A stretch of DNA of 64,000 bases from Patescibacteria group bacterium (GCA_035260845.1 DATFUL010000002.1:7033-71032); one strand, 5' to 3'; counted from the first letter of the stretch, positions 9,307 through 19,390 are shown. Numbers and translations: made by a program. Notes: generated by a model not told the origin, from the letters alone.

Positions 9307-9815
9307 TGCCAGATTTGAAAAGAGCAAAAATGGAATTTTTACAACGGGGGCAAGTGCCGGCAGTTTTAGAGCTTTTCAACGATGTTGTTTTAGCTATTGA
9401 ACAAAAAGAGGGAGGAAGAAAACTGGAAAGAAGTGCTAAATTTTCTATTGAATTCTTGGGAGATATTGATAAAAACGATAATTTGTATGCAAACACGGTA
9501 AAATCCAGTTTCGTTCGTTTTTTACATGGCGAATCCGTAAATCAAATAGATGAACTTATAAAAAAGTTTACTGTAGAAATTCACGGTGATAGAACCAATG
9601 ATTCTTATGTTGAGTTTGGAATCTCAGTTTTTCCCGATAATACTTTTGGTTATTCATTTGGTGGTGCATATAATTATAGCGATAGAGCAACTAAAAAAAC
9701 TTTAGACAAAACAAATCTTGAGGTTTTTGCAGAAGATTTGGTAAGTGTTGTTACGAATAGAAAATATATGTATATAATATCACCAGGTCCTTATTTGGAC
9801 TTGAGTGGGCCGTAG
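9306..9815 (+). CDS. Hypothetical protein
   Basis: 169-aa ORF with globular composition; no recognised motif. Confidence 0.65.
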   Translation: MPDLKRAKMEFLQRGQVPAVLELFNDVVLAIEQKEGGRKLERSAKFSIEFLGDIDKNDNLYANTVKSSFVRFLHGESVNQIDELIKKFTVEIHGDRTNDSYVEFGISVFPDNTFGYSFGGAYNYSDRATKKTLDKTNLEVFAEDLVSVVTNRKYMYIISPGPYLDLSGP

Positions 9816-9910
9816 CCTATAAAAAATATTCACTTGTGAAAACACCTCCATATTGCACAGATCCCTTCACGCAGTAAGCTGACATTAGAGTAGTAATACT
9901 TTATCTGTCC

Positions 9911-10954
9911 ATGGAACAACACGCCATACCGCAAAACGTATCTTCGTACCAATTTAAGTTGGTTGGGGACATGACTCTTAAGCAATTTTTTCAACTCGCT
10001 GGTGGAATTTTGGTTGCAATTATTATTTACTCTCTACCACTTTTAGGAATTATTAAGTGGCCTTTTGCAATTCTTTCTGTTCTACTTGGTATTGGCCTTG
10101 CTTTCTTGCCACTTGAAGAACGGCCTTTAGAAAAATGGATATTTGCATTTTTTAGAGCTATTTATGCACCAACTATTTTTTCCTGGCAAAAAGCCGCAAC
10201 TCCTCCCAAATTTTTTCAGGACGAAAGCCCAACTAGTAGTACTCCACAGCAAGATTTGGCACTTAAAAGTTATTTGGGCACAACCGCTCAAGTATCGGGA
10301 GCGCTAGGAAACTTGGAAAAAGCTGAAAATGGATTTTTAGCAAAACTTACCGCACTCTTTTCTGGAATTGTTAATCCTACTCCCGCTACTCAAATTACCC
10401 CTGCCGCTACTCTTGTTCCGGAAAAATCAAAGGAGATGCAAATTCCGGAAACCCAGCCCATAAGAATTCAAGCTAATGCAACACATTTGGTGGTTGAAGA
10501 AAAACCAACTATTCAAACGGTTCAAAGTGAGCTTTCAACAAGCCAGGTTGCACCAATTATTGCAGGGAATGAGATGATTTCTACAAAACAAGCAATGTTT
10601 TCAATTGATGCGGCCCCTCCAAGCCCGCCCAGTCAACCCAATGTTGTAGTTGGCCAAATAGTTGATCAGGATAGGAAAATCGTAGAAGGCGCAATTATGG
10701 AAATTAGAGACTCAATGGGACGCCCAATAAGGGCCTTAAGAAGTAATCGAGCCGGACATTTTATTACGGTTACACAGCTAGATAATGGCCATTACGAAAT
10801 AATTACCGAGAAAGATGGTTATGAATTCGCTGCAGTTAGTTTTGACGCCAACGGCAACTTAATTCCGCCAATTTTGGTTCAAGGAAAACGAATTGCACCA
10901 ATAATTGAACCGGTACCTACCGGAATTGTTAAACCTGCATATTCTATTAACTAA
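9911..10954 (+). CDS. PrgI-family (VirB3-like) protein with C-terminal carboxypeptidase-regulatory-like beta domain
   Basis: 'MEQHAIPQNVSSYQFKLVGDMTLKQFFQL' PrgI N-terminus, 2 TM, 'ERPLEKW'; C-terminal 'GQIVDQDRKIVEGAIMEIRD...GHF'. Confidence 0.85.
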   Translation: MEQHAIPQNVSSYQFKLVGDMTLKQFFQLAGGILVAIIIYSLPLLGIIKWPFAILSVLLGIGLAFLPLEERPLEKWIFAFFRAIYAPTIFSWQKAATPPKFFQDESPTSSTPQQDLALKSYLGTTAQVSGALGNLEKAENGFLAKLTALFSGIVNPTPATQITPAATLVPEKSKEMQIPETQPIRIQANATHLVVEEKPTIQTVQSELSTSQVAPIIAGNEMISTKQAMFSIDAAPPSPPSQPNVVVGQIVDQDRKIVEGAIMEIRDSMGRPIRALRSNRAGHFITVTQLDNGHYEIITEKDGYEFAAVSFDANGNLIPPILVQGKRIAPIIEPVPTGIVKPAYSIN

Positions 10955-10956
10955 AC

Positions 10957-11661
10957 ATGAAGAATTCCTTAACATCTTTAAAAATCCCCAAAATTCCATA
11001 CCTGTCGGTTCCGGATGCACCAATCACTTCAACTACTCAAAGTCATTTACCCATAGCTGACGTCACAAACGACATTGTTATCTATAAAGACGGTGGGGCG
11101 GCGCTTGTTATGGAGTCGACTTCTTTAAACTTTGGACTCTTAAGCGAAAAGGAACAGGCTGCTGTTATTGCCGCCTATGCTGCAATGATTAATTCTCTTT
11201 CTTTTTCTATACAAATTATGGTTCGCACCCAAAGGAAAGATATAAGTAACTATATAACCTACATTGACGAAGAAGCTAAAAAATTAACTCACCCACTACT
11301 ACAAAAGCTTATGGGTGAATACAGGGCCTTTATAATGGACTCGGTTAAAAAGAAAAATGTTCTTGGAAAAAGATTTTATGTGGTTCTTTACCTATCGCCT
11401 CTTGAGCTTGGGGTTGGCAAATCAATTGCGGCAGTCACCAAACGCGGAATCACTCTCCCCTTTACCAAGTCTTACGTAATCAAAAAAGCCAAAATCACTC
11501 TTTATCCAAGACGCGATCATTTAATGCGCCAGGCTGGCCGACTTGGAATTAAATTTAGACAACTTACAACTCGTGAGTTAACTGATTTGTTTTATTCAAT
11601 CTATAACCCCGAGCATCCAGCGGTTAAAAAAGAGCCAGAAGTGATTCTTGAACACAAATGA
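10957..11661 (+). CDS. TraC-like / VirB4 N-terminal-domain protein
   Basis: 'STTQSHLPIADV...SLNFGLLSEKEQAAVIAAYAAMINSLSFSIQI'; lies between PrgI and VirB4. Confidence 0.75.
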   Translation: MKNSLTSLKIPKIPYLSVPDAPITSTTQSHLPIADVTNDIVIYKDGGAALVMESTSLNFGLLSEKEQAAVIAAYAAMINSLSFSIQIMVRTQRKDISNYITYIDEEAKKLTHPLLQKLMGEYRAFIMDSVKKKNVLGKRFYVVLYLSPLELGVGKSIAAVTKRGITLPFTKSYVIKKAKITLYPRRDHLMRQAGRLGIKFRQLTTRELTDLFYSIYNPEHPAVKKEPEVILEHK

Positions 11662-13463
11662 AACCAGACCAACCAACTAACCAACCGACAGTTCAACAAC
11701 AAGGCAAACCTAAAATCGGAAGTCCAAATATCGCTGTTTCCCAAGGATTAAACGTACTGGATGTTGTTGCCCCGCAATCCATCGAGGAAGATTTTGACTA
11801 TTTTAAAATAAACGACGTTTATTTTAGAACAATTTTTATTGGCGGCTATCCAAGATTTGTGGCCCCGGGTTGGCTTGAACCAGTTGTTAATTTTGATTCC
11901 TCCTTAGACATTTCTTTTTACGTTTATCCGGTTGACGGTAAAACCGTGCTTGATGACCTGAGACGCAAAATTGCAGAAATGGAGGCCGAGCTTTCGACCG
12001 ACATTGAGCGCGGCAGAATTGTTGACCCCTCAACTCAAGCAAAACTGGAAGACGCCAGAAATTTGCAAGAACAACTTGTTAAGGGAATCGAAAGATTTTA
12101 TGAATTTAGTTTCTACATTACAATCCCAGCAAATTCAGTTGAAGAACTAAACCATGTAACCAAGCAGATTGAGTCACAACTTGGTTCACTTTTAATTGTT
12201 AGTAAGCATGCGCTACTCGACCAAGAATCCGGGTTTTTGTCCACTGCCCCATTTGGAATAGACAGGCTAAACATTACAAGAAACATGGATACAACCTCTG
12301 TTGCCACAACTTTTCCATTAACTTCAACTGAACTATCTAGTGACCGCGGGGTTCTTTACGGAATAAATTCACAAAATGAATCTTTTATTATTTTTGACCG
12401 TTTTTCTTTGGAAAACGCAAATATGACTATTTTTGCTACAAGCGGTGCCGGAAAATCTTACTTTGTTAAACTCGAAGCCGTTCGTTCTTTAATGACTGGA
12501 ACAGAAGTAATAATAATTGACCCGGAAAGTGAATATAAACCCTTAGCACAGGCTGTTGGGGGTGAATATATTTCTTTTTCCTTTAATTCCCCTGCCAAAA
12601 TTAATCCGTTTGATTTAGCTCAAATTAGAGAAGAGGGTGAAAACCAGCTTGGACAAAAGATTCTTTCACTCCATTCTCTAATGAAGGTTATTATGGGAAC
12701 AATCTCCCCCACCCAAGAGGCCTTACTTGACCGTGCACTTGTCATGACTTACAGGAACAAAGGCATAACCATGGATCCAGACACCCAGGGCAAAGAACCG
12801 CCCCTAATGGAAGACTTGTATAAAACTTTAATTGGCATGGAAGTACCAGATGCTTTGGACCTTGCAGCAAGAATTGAAAAATTTGTCAGAGGTTCGTTTG
12901 TTGGTATTTTTGATAAACAAACAAACATAAACATCACAAATCCGTTTACTGTTTTTTCGGTTAAAGATTTGCAGGATGTTCTAAGGCCCATCGCCATGTT
13001 TATAATCCTAGACTACATTTGGACGAGAGTTAAAAAAGACCTCAAGAAACGCATCTTAATCGCCGAGGAGGCCTGGCAAATGATGAAGTACCCAGATACA
13101 GCCCAATTTTTATGGAGTGTCGTTAAAAGGGCTAGGAAATATTATTTAGGTTTAACAACGATTACTCAGGATGTGGAAGACTTTTTGGGCCAAGATATTG
13201 GTAAAGCAATTGTCACCAACAGTGCCATGCAGGTGCTTCTTAAACAGTCCCCAGCTGCAATCGATAAAATCGGGGAAATATTTTACTTAAGCCAGGGGGA
13301 AAAACAGTTACTCTTAGCAGCAAACGTTGGTGAGGGAATATTTTTTGCAGGCCCGCACCATGCTCCAATTAGGGTTGTTGCATCTGAGGATGAAAACAAA
13401 CTAATTACAACCAAACCACAAGAAATTGCAAAGATAAGTCCAAACGCATATGAAGCAAAATAA
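11658..13463 (+). CDS. virB4: VirB4/TraE-type conjugation ATPase
   Basis: Walker A 'ATSGAGKS', 'IIIDPESEY', Walker B 'LIAEEAW', 'RARKYYLGLTTITQD'. Confidence 0.9.
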   Translation: MKPDQPTNQPTVQQQGKPKIGSPNIAVSQGLNVLDVVAPQSIEEDFDYFKINDVYFRTIFIGGYPRFVAPGWLEPVVNFDSSLDISFYVYPVDGKTVLDDLRRKIAEMEAELSTDIERGRIVDPSTQAKLEDARNLQEQLVKGIERFYEFSFYITIPANSVEELNHVTKQIESQLGSLLIVSKHALLDQESGFLSTAPFGIDRLNITRNMDTTSVATTFPLTSTELSSDRGVLYGINSQNESFIIFDRFSLENANMTIFATSGAGKSYFVKLEAVRSLMTGTEVIIIDPESEYKPLAQAVGGEYISFSFNSPAKINPFDLAQIREEGENQLGQKILSLHSLMKVIMGTISPTQEALLDRALVMTYRNKGITMDPDTQGKEPPLMEDLYKTLIGMEVPDALDLAARIEKFVRGSFVGIFDKQTNINITNPFTVFSVKDLQDVLRPIAMFIILDYIWTRVKKDLKKRILIAEEAWQMMKYPDTAQFLWSVVKRARKYYLGLTTITQDVEDFLGQDIGKAIVTNSAMQVLLKQSPAAIDKIGEIFYLSQGEKQLLLAANVGEGIFFAGPHHAPIRVVASEDENKLITTKPQEIAKISPNAYEAK

Positions 13464-15975
13464 AAATCCGCCTTCGGACTTTAATTTTCAAAAAACCACA
13501 GAGTTAATTGAGGCTCTACAGATAATGCTGCCCAAAAAGCTTGGCCTAAGTGATGTTTTGGCAAAAAAAACTCTTAAAACAGATTATTTTTCTTGGAAAA
13601 ACCCCGAACAACTAGAAAAATATACTCTCGAAGTAACGGGTGAGGACAATATTAAATATGCCGAAAGACGTCTAGTTCAGTGGCAAGAAGAGCTTGCTGA
13701 AACTTCCGCAAAAATCGTTGAGCCGCCAAAGACTGTTGTCGAAGCCAGTCTTCCCAATAAAGGTTTAAGAGAACAGCAACAAGCAGATGTAGAAAGGGCT
13801 GAGGCGCAAACTATCGAAAGAGAAGAAAGAATTGGAGTCAAACTCCAAGCCGAACTTGATGCCAAAGTAAAAGCCGCTGCTAACGCAAAAATAATAAGGG
13901 AGTTTAAAGAATCAGTTAAAAATAAAAATGTTTACGCAAAAGTTAAAGAGGCTAACGAGTCCCTACTTAGCCAAGATGACGAAGTTAAAATTAACAATTT
14001 AAAGTCAGAGGCAAAAATAGATCCAGACGGCTTAACAGCACAGGTTGCAGCCGATATAAAAAGCCGCCTTGAACAAGTTGGTGTTCAGGGAGATATAGAT
14101 GGTGCATCGGAATTAACTGCTCAAAATATGGTAGCCGTTTTGGGAGGAAATTCCCCACTAATCGAAGCCGTTATTGCTAAACAGTCAGTTGATAAAGGAA
14201 TGCTTGGGGCTGCGGGAGAGTTTGGGGCCGCACAAAATATAGTTAAAGATTATTCACAGTATCAAGTTGAGAGTTTTATGTTTAGTAAAAACATTGCTGA
14301 AGTCGCTTTCGGTAAAGATGGTAAGGGAATTACGGATCGAATTTTTTCTACTCCTGAATCTATACAAGTTGCAAATATTCCCACCGAAGGCTTTACCCCG
14401 TATGCAGTATCAAAACTAATCAACTCTGAGCCTACAGTCATAGTAAACACTTCTGATTTAGGAACCGGATCTAGTCAGCCAATTTTTATTAATCGTGTAA
14501 GTAGACCGCATTTTGAAGCAAGTTCTCGCCAAACAGACAGATTCGATTTTAGATCCCAAATGTCTTCTTTTAAACCTAGTCCGAGCACCAAGTCCGTAAA
14601 CATAAATGCTCAGAAAATTGGCACACCAAAGATTTCTATTTCAACGGCTCCACTAAGACAGGCTGCTTCTGGAATAACAAAGGTTTTTGCTGATCTTTTT
14701 TCTAAAGGCAAAATTGCAATTAAAGGCTTGGAAAATAGCCAAGGAGGGTTAATTGTTGGTGGAATTGCCGTGGCGGTTGCAGGAATAACTTCGGGTAGTG
14801 CACTTTTAACATCGGTTGGCTTTGGTAGTACTGCTGCCGGTTTTGTTGTAAATCCCGGTAGAGCTCTTAGTGGATCCGCTTTTGGCAATGTTGTTGCACC
14901 AATCTTGGGATTCTTTCATTCGGTTATGAATTTTGTACTTGAAGGGATTGTTCTACCTATCATCCTAGCTGTTCTTTGTGTTCCACTTTTAATAGCACTT
15001 TTTCTTTTTATAATAAATTCGGGTGCCTTAATTGTTCCACCCGGTCAGTCAACTTTAAGTAGCACAAATCCATACATCGAGGTTCGAAAGGTTCCTAACC
15101 CCGGAGGCCAACTTGGGTCGCCGCAAGCAATAACCTATACAATTACAGTCACCGCAAAAAAGGATCTTCTTACTAGGATAAGTTTTAAAACAGATTGCAA
15201 AGCAATCAAAAAAAGTGGCCCTAGTATTGATTGTAGTTCGCTTGAAAAAATTGCTACATCAACAGCCTCGATTGCACCCGGATCACCTTTTTCTTTCAAC
15301 TTTACATCAAACTACGATGCTAAATATCAAGATTCTCTTGTTTCAGACACTATCACAGTTTCTGCAGAGTCTAACGAGGGTGGAAAACTTTCGGAAACAG
15401 GCTCTGCATCGGTTTGTTTTGGAAAATGCCCTCTAAATTGTTTTGATTTTTCCAGCCCGACCTGGAGCTCTGTGCCTAATTTACAATCAAACCTAACCCA
15501 AGCCGCCGCCCAACTTGCATCTCAATACCCAAACTTTGCAGCCAAGGTTTGTGGAGGCGGAACGGTTAAACTTTGTTACACTACAAGTAATCCGACTCCT
15601 GTGGGTAAAGCTGGTATCTGCAATCAAGCAACTTACGCCAAAGATGTGGAACAAAAAGATTGTAATATCAACTTCAATCAGTGTGGAATTAAGTCGACCA
15701 GTGATGCACTGTTTATACTTACGCACGAAACAACTCACCATATTCAAATAATCAATAAAGGGTCTGAGAGGTTGTTTGAACAAAACGTACCACAATCAGA
15801 ATGGCCAATCTGCACATACGGCCTCACTGGAAGTAATCCTTATGAAAGTCAAGCTGAGGGAGATGCTTTGTTTGTGAATCAACACCCATCGTGGGCTTCA
15901 TCTTGTGTTACAAATTACGCAGTACAATACCCTAAACATTACAATTTTGCAAAGAATGTAATGTTTGGACCATAA
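13450..15975 (+). CDS. Large membrane protein: coiled-coil N-terminus, TM segment, Cys-rich C-terminal region with HExxH motif
   Basis: TM 'GIVLPIILAVLCVPLLIALFLFII'; 'LTHETTHHIQ' plus downstream 'ESQAE' (possible third Zn ligand). Confidence 0.7.
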   Translation: MKQNKNPPSDFNFQKTTELIEALQIMLPKKLGLSDVLAKKTLKTDYFSWKNPEQLEKYTLEVTGEDNIKYAERRLVQWQEELAETSAKIVEPPKTVVEASLPNKGLREQQQADVERAEAQTIEREERIGVKLQAELDAKVKAAANAKIIREFKESVKNKNVYAKVKEANESLLSQDDEVKINNLKSEAKIDPDGLTAQVAADIKSRLEQVGVQGDIDGASELTAQNMVAVLGGNSPLIEAVIAKQSVDKGMLGAAGEFGAAQNIVKDYSQYQVESFMFSKNIAEVAFGKDGKGITDRIFSTPESIQVANIPTEGFTPYAVSKLINSEPTVIVNTSDLGTGSSQPIFINRVSRPHFEASSRQTDRFDFRSQMSSFKPSPSTKSVNINAQKIGTPKISISTAPLRQAASGITKVFADLFSKGKIAIKGLENSQGGLIVGGIAVAVAGITSGSALLTSVGFGSTAAGFVVNPGRALSGSAFGNVVAPILGFFHSVMNFVLEGIVLPIILAVLCVPLLIALFLFIINSGALIVPPGQSTLSSTNPYIEVRKVPNPGGQLGSPQAITYTITVTAKKDLLTRISFKTDCKAIKKSGPSIDCSSLEKIATSTASIAPGSPFSFNFTSNYDAKYQDSLVSDTITVSAESNEGGKLSETGSASVCFGKCPLNCFDFSSPTWSSVPNLQSNLTQAAAQLASQYPNFAAKVCGGGTVKLCYTTSNPTPVGKAGICNQATYAKDVEQKDCNINFNQCGIKSTSDALFILTHETTHHIQIINKGSERLFEQNVPQSEWPICTYGLTGSNPYESQAEGDALFVNQHPSWASSCVTNYAVQYPKHYNFAKNVMFGP

Positions 15976-15984
15976 TATAGTTAA

Positions 15985-16569
15985 ATGAAAAAATTAACAG
16001 GTTTCATAAAAAAATATTGGATATTAATCATGTTGGTCTTAGCAGGAATTCTTTATGTAATTAACTTTTTTTTAAAAGGTCCAATCTCACCAGTAACACC
16101 AACTCCTACACCAATTAATAAAATCGCAGCATTTGGTTCGCTTATTCCTGGTGTAAGTAATGAAAACGATGTTTTGAATGTTTTAGGCCGTCCGATTGAC
16201 ACAAAAACTGAAAATGGACTAGTAACTTCTCAATATAAATCTACCAATCAGTACAGATTTAACAAAGTAATTTTCACAAATGGTACAACTAAATTAATAA
16301 AGGAGATTGTCAATTCAAACGATAACAAAGACGCGAGTTCAATAACTAGTATTTACGGGGCGCCCCAATACACACTTTATGAAAAATTATCGAACAGTGT
16401 TTTTAATTTATACGTATATCCCCAAAATGGGATAGCTTATCTTGGTGCAACAGATGGGACACTAAAAGAGATTTGGTATTTCGAACCCACTACGATAGAC
16501 AACTTCATCAAAGATTGGGGGCAGGATTTTGCAACAACTCCGGTTGGTGAAAAAGACAGTGCTTATTAA
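15985..16569 (+). CDS. Membrane-anchored hypothetical protein, possible BLIP/BamE-like repeats
   Basis: N-terminal TM and PT linker; 'LIPGVSNENDVLNVLGRP' and 'SSITSIYGAP' half-repeats. Confidence 0.6.
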   Translation: MKKLTGFIKKYWILIMLVLAGILYVINFFLKGPISPVTPTPTPINKIAAFGSLIPGVSNENDVLNVLGRPIDTKTENGLVTSQYKSTNQYRFNKVIFTNGTTKLIKEIVNSNDNKDASSITSIYGAPQYTLYEKLSNSVFNLYVYPQNGIAYLGATDGTLKEIWYFEPTTIDNFIKDWGQDFATTPVGEKDSAY

Positions 16570-17678
16570 GATTGAACTCTAACTGGCATTATCAAGTGAA
16601 GATAATTTGAATCCGAAGAATCTGTAAACACCCCTGCTTTATCGGTTGTAGTAAATTCCATTTTTACTTCCTCACCACTTACAGAGTGCAAAAATTCCTC
16701 AAGAAATCGGTAATTAAAAGCAATTTCAAAATCTTTCACCTCTCCGTCAATTTTAGCCTCGACCTGAGTCTCCTGACTACCCGAGTTGCTGCTTTCCGCA
16801 AAAACTTTCACGGAATTCTTATCTAATTTGAGTTTTACAACATTTGCCGCTTCCCTAGCGAATATTGAGGCTAGTTTTACCGCTCTTAAGAACTCCTCTT
16901 TGTCTAATCTAACTGTGATTGTTGAACTTTTGGGTATAATCTTTTCAAAATCTGGGTACTCTCCTTCCAGAAGTCTCGAAGAAAGAACAATGTCACCTAG
17001 TCCAAAAATAACTTGTTTTTCTTTCTCTTGTATCTCAAATTGGAATTCTGAAACGTCTTCCAAAGATCTTCCAAGCTCCCCAAGTACCCCTTTAGGAATT
17101 ACAATTTTCTGCTCCACCAGGTCTTTTTTATTTTTTAAGGCTATTTTCTTTCTTGATAGCCTAAAGCCGTCGGTTGCAACAATAGTTAATCCTTCTTTAT
17201 CCAAAACAAAAAGGACTCCTGTTAAAACCGGCCTTGTTTCATCTGCACTTGCAGCAAAAACTACTTGAGAAAGTGATTCCAATATTTCTTTTTTAGGCAA
17301 ACTTAAAGGTTTTACAACTGATTCCGGTATTTTTGGGAAGTCGGTTGCATTCATTCCTAATACTTTTGATGTAAAACCAGATGTTTCAATTTTAAGTTGT
17401 TCTTTTTCTGATTCCAAAGTTACATTTTCTTTTGGAAGATTACTCACAAGTTCAGATATTACTTTTGAGGGAATGCTTATCTCCCCTTCACTTTCTATTT
17501 TTGCGCCTATTTGTATTAGAACTGATATTTCAAGATTTGTTGAACTTATGTTGAGTTTTGTTTTTGTAGCTTTTAGTAGAATGTTTCCGAGTATTGGTAA
17601 TTGAGATCTTGTACTGGCAAACCTTGAAGCTTGAGTTATCGCTTTTGTTAAATTTTCCTGTAAAACCGTTAATTTCAT
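16566..17678 (-). CDS. dnaN: DNA polymerase III beta sliding clamp
   Basis: 'ATDGFRL', 'SRLLEGEYPD', C-terminal 'LIMPVR'; downstream of dnaA. Confidence 0.98.
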   Translation of the reverse strand: MKLTVLQENLTKAITQASRFASTRSQLPILGNILLKATKTKLNISSTNLEISVLIQIGAKIESEGEISIPSKVISELVSNLPKENVTLESEKEQLKIETSGFTSKVLGMNATDFPKIPESVVKPLSLPKKEILESLSQVVFAASADETRPVLTGVLFVLDKEGLTIVATDGFRLSRKKIALKNKKDLVEQKIVIPKGVLGELGRSLEDVSEFQFEIQEKEKQVIFGLGDIVLSSRLLEGEYPDFEKIIPKSSTITVRLDKEEFLRAVKLASIFAREAANVVKLKLDKNSVKVFAESSNSGSQETQVEAKIDGEVKDFEIAFNYRFLEEFLHSVSGEEVKMEFTTTDKAGVFTDSSDSNYLHLIMPVRVQS

Positions 17679-17871
17679 ATTGTGTTAGTTATTATATATT
17701 AACTAGTAGTACTAGTAGTAGAGACGGTTGATAAGTTTATAAAACTCACTGTTTGGGTTTACCTTTCGGATAATATTAGTGTTGATACTAGCCTCAGTAA
17801 ATTGTTCATAACTTTGTGTATAAATATACGCAATCTGTTGATAAGTGCATAAGTATCTAAAATTATCCTCA
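17679..17871. promoter_or_regulatory. oriC: oriC (dnaA-dnaN intergenic): DnaA boxes, DnaA-trios and AT-rich tract
   Basis: Boxes TGTGTATAA 17815-23, TGTTGATAA 17836-44, GGTTGATAA 17726-34, TGTTCATAA 17803-11, TTATCCTCA 17863-71; trios TAGTAGTACTAGTAGTAG 17704-21; AT-rich 17687-17702. Confidence 0.85.
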
Positions 17872-19236
17872 AAGTGTGTTTTTTATCTTCAACATATCCT
17901 CACGAATATGCACATCTGTTGTGGCTAGTTGTGTAATTTTATTCACAGCATGCATGACAGTTGAATGGTCGCGGTTTCCAACTAGCCTACCAACTTCCTC
18001 AAAGGCAATTCCAAGCTGGGTCCTAAGGAGATACATCAGCATTTGTCGGGGGCGGGCAACTTGGCGTGCTCTGGTGTCACTTAATATCAACCTTTTTCCT
18101 ATTTGATAGTATTTACAAACAGCCTCGATAGTTTGTTCTGGTGTACTTCTTGATGCTTTTCCATTTATTTCCTCCTTATGGCTTAGAGCTCCTTCGACTA
18201 AGTCTTTTGTAATAGGTAGTTTTTTAAGATGAACTTCGTTCATTATTTTTATTAAAACCCCCTCAATGTTCCTTGCACCTTCGGTATTGGCAGCAATCAT
18301 CTGTATTTGATCCATCTCCAGTGGAATTTTTCTTTCTTGAGACTTGATCTGTACAATTGCACATTTGAGCTCAAAGTCAGGTGGGGAAACGTCTACTATT
18401 AAACCCGCCTCAAAACGGCTTCTTAAACGGTCTTCAAGCTTAAATATTTCAGAAGGAGGCTTGTCAGCGGTCATTATTACCTGTCCCCCAGCCGAGGTCA
18501 CGGCATTGAAAGTATGAAAGAATTCTTCTTGTGCAGTTTCCTTACCTGCAATAAACTGAATGTCGTCGACCATTAAGAGGTTTAGTTTCCTGTATTTTTT
18601 CCTGACTTCGGGCGTGGTTTTGTTGCGGATCCCGTCAATTATGTCGTTCGTAAAGTCCTCGGCTGTACATGATAAAACCAAACTGTGTGGATCCCGAAGC
18701 AATGTAGAATGCCCAACAGCCTGCATAAGATGGGTTTTGCCAACTCCGACCCCACCCCAGATAAATAATGGGTTGTATGCCGTTCCCAAGCTTTCAGAAA
18801 CAGCCAATGCTGCTGCGTGGGCCATTTGATTACTTCCCGAAACTGCAAAATTCTCAAAAGTAAAACTTGGTTTAATCCGTGACGTTCTAAGAACCTCGAT
18901 AAACTCTCTATCATCCTTTTTATTTTCAAATAACGGCGCTTCGGTTTCCTTACTTGGCTCAACTTTATCTAAGTTCTCTTTTACTATAAAAGTGACATCA
19001 CACGTTTTACCCACCACCTTATTCAAAGAGTCTTGGATTAAACCAAAATATCTTGATTCTATTGTGTTTTTGGCAAAAGAGGTCGGACAGCCAATTTCAA
19101 CAACTACCCTGTCCCCCACCTCATTTAAGCTTGCAATATGCGTTTTTGAAAACCAGGTAGAAAATATAGCCGGAGACACAGAAACTTTAATTATTTCTAA
19201 AGTGTCTTTCCAGGAAGTTTTTGGATCTATATTCAT
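17869..19236 (-). CDS. dnaA: Chromosomal replication initiator DnaA
   Basis: 'YNPLFIWGGVGVGKTHL', 'DDIQFIAGKETAQEEFFHTFN', 'RDHSTVMHA'. Confidence 0.99.
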   Translation of the reverse strand: MNIDPKTSWKDTLEIIKVSVSPAIFSTWFSKTHIASLNEVGDRVVVEIGCPTSFAKNTIESRYFGLIQDSLNKVVGKTCDVTFIVKENLDKVEPSKETEAPLFENKKDDREFIEVLRTSRIKPSFTFENFAVSGSNQMAHAAALAVSESLGTAYNPLFIWGGVGVGKTHLMQAVGHSTLLRDPHSLVLSCTAEDFTNDIIDGIRNKTTPEVRKKYRKLNLLMVDDIQFIAGKETAQEEFFHTFNAVTSAGGQVIMTADKPPSEIFKLEDRLRSRFEAGLIVDVSPPDFELKCAIVQIKSQERKIPLEMDQIQMIAANTEGARNIEGVLIKIMNEVHLKKLPITKDLVEGALSHKEEINGKASRSTPEQTIEAVCKYYQIGKRLILSDTRARQVARPRQMLMYLLRTQLGIAFEEVGRLVGNRDHSTVMHAVNKITQLATTDVHIREDMLKIKNTL

Positions 19237-19317
19237 TGTTAATAACAAGGCACTTAGAAGAGAAAGGAGCAGTTTTTACTTTTGCTATGTGCTTTGTACT
19301 CTGTACTATTTACAAAG

Positions 19318-19326
19318 TTATCCACA
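19318..19326 (+). promoter_or_regulatory. Perfect DnaA box upstream of dnaA
   Basis: TTATCCACA. Confidence 0.8.
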
Positions 19327-19390
19327 ATGAGTCAAGGGGCAAATTGTTAAATGGTTGATTAGTTAATTGGTTAATTGGTATAATAGCGTT

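Noticed and set aside
17702-17721. ACTAGTAGT tandem repeat as a CRISPR or microsatellite
   Set aside because: Too short with no spacers; better explained as DnaA-trios
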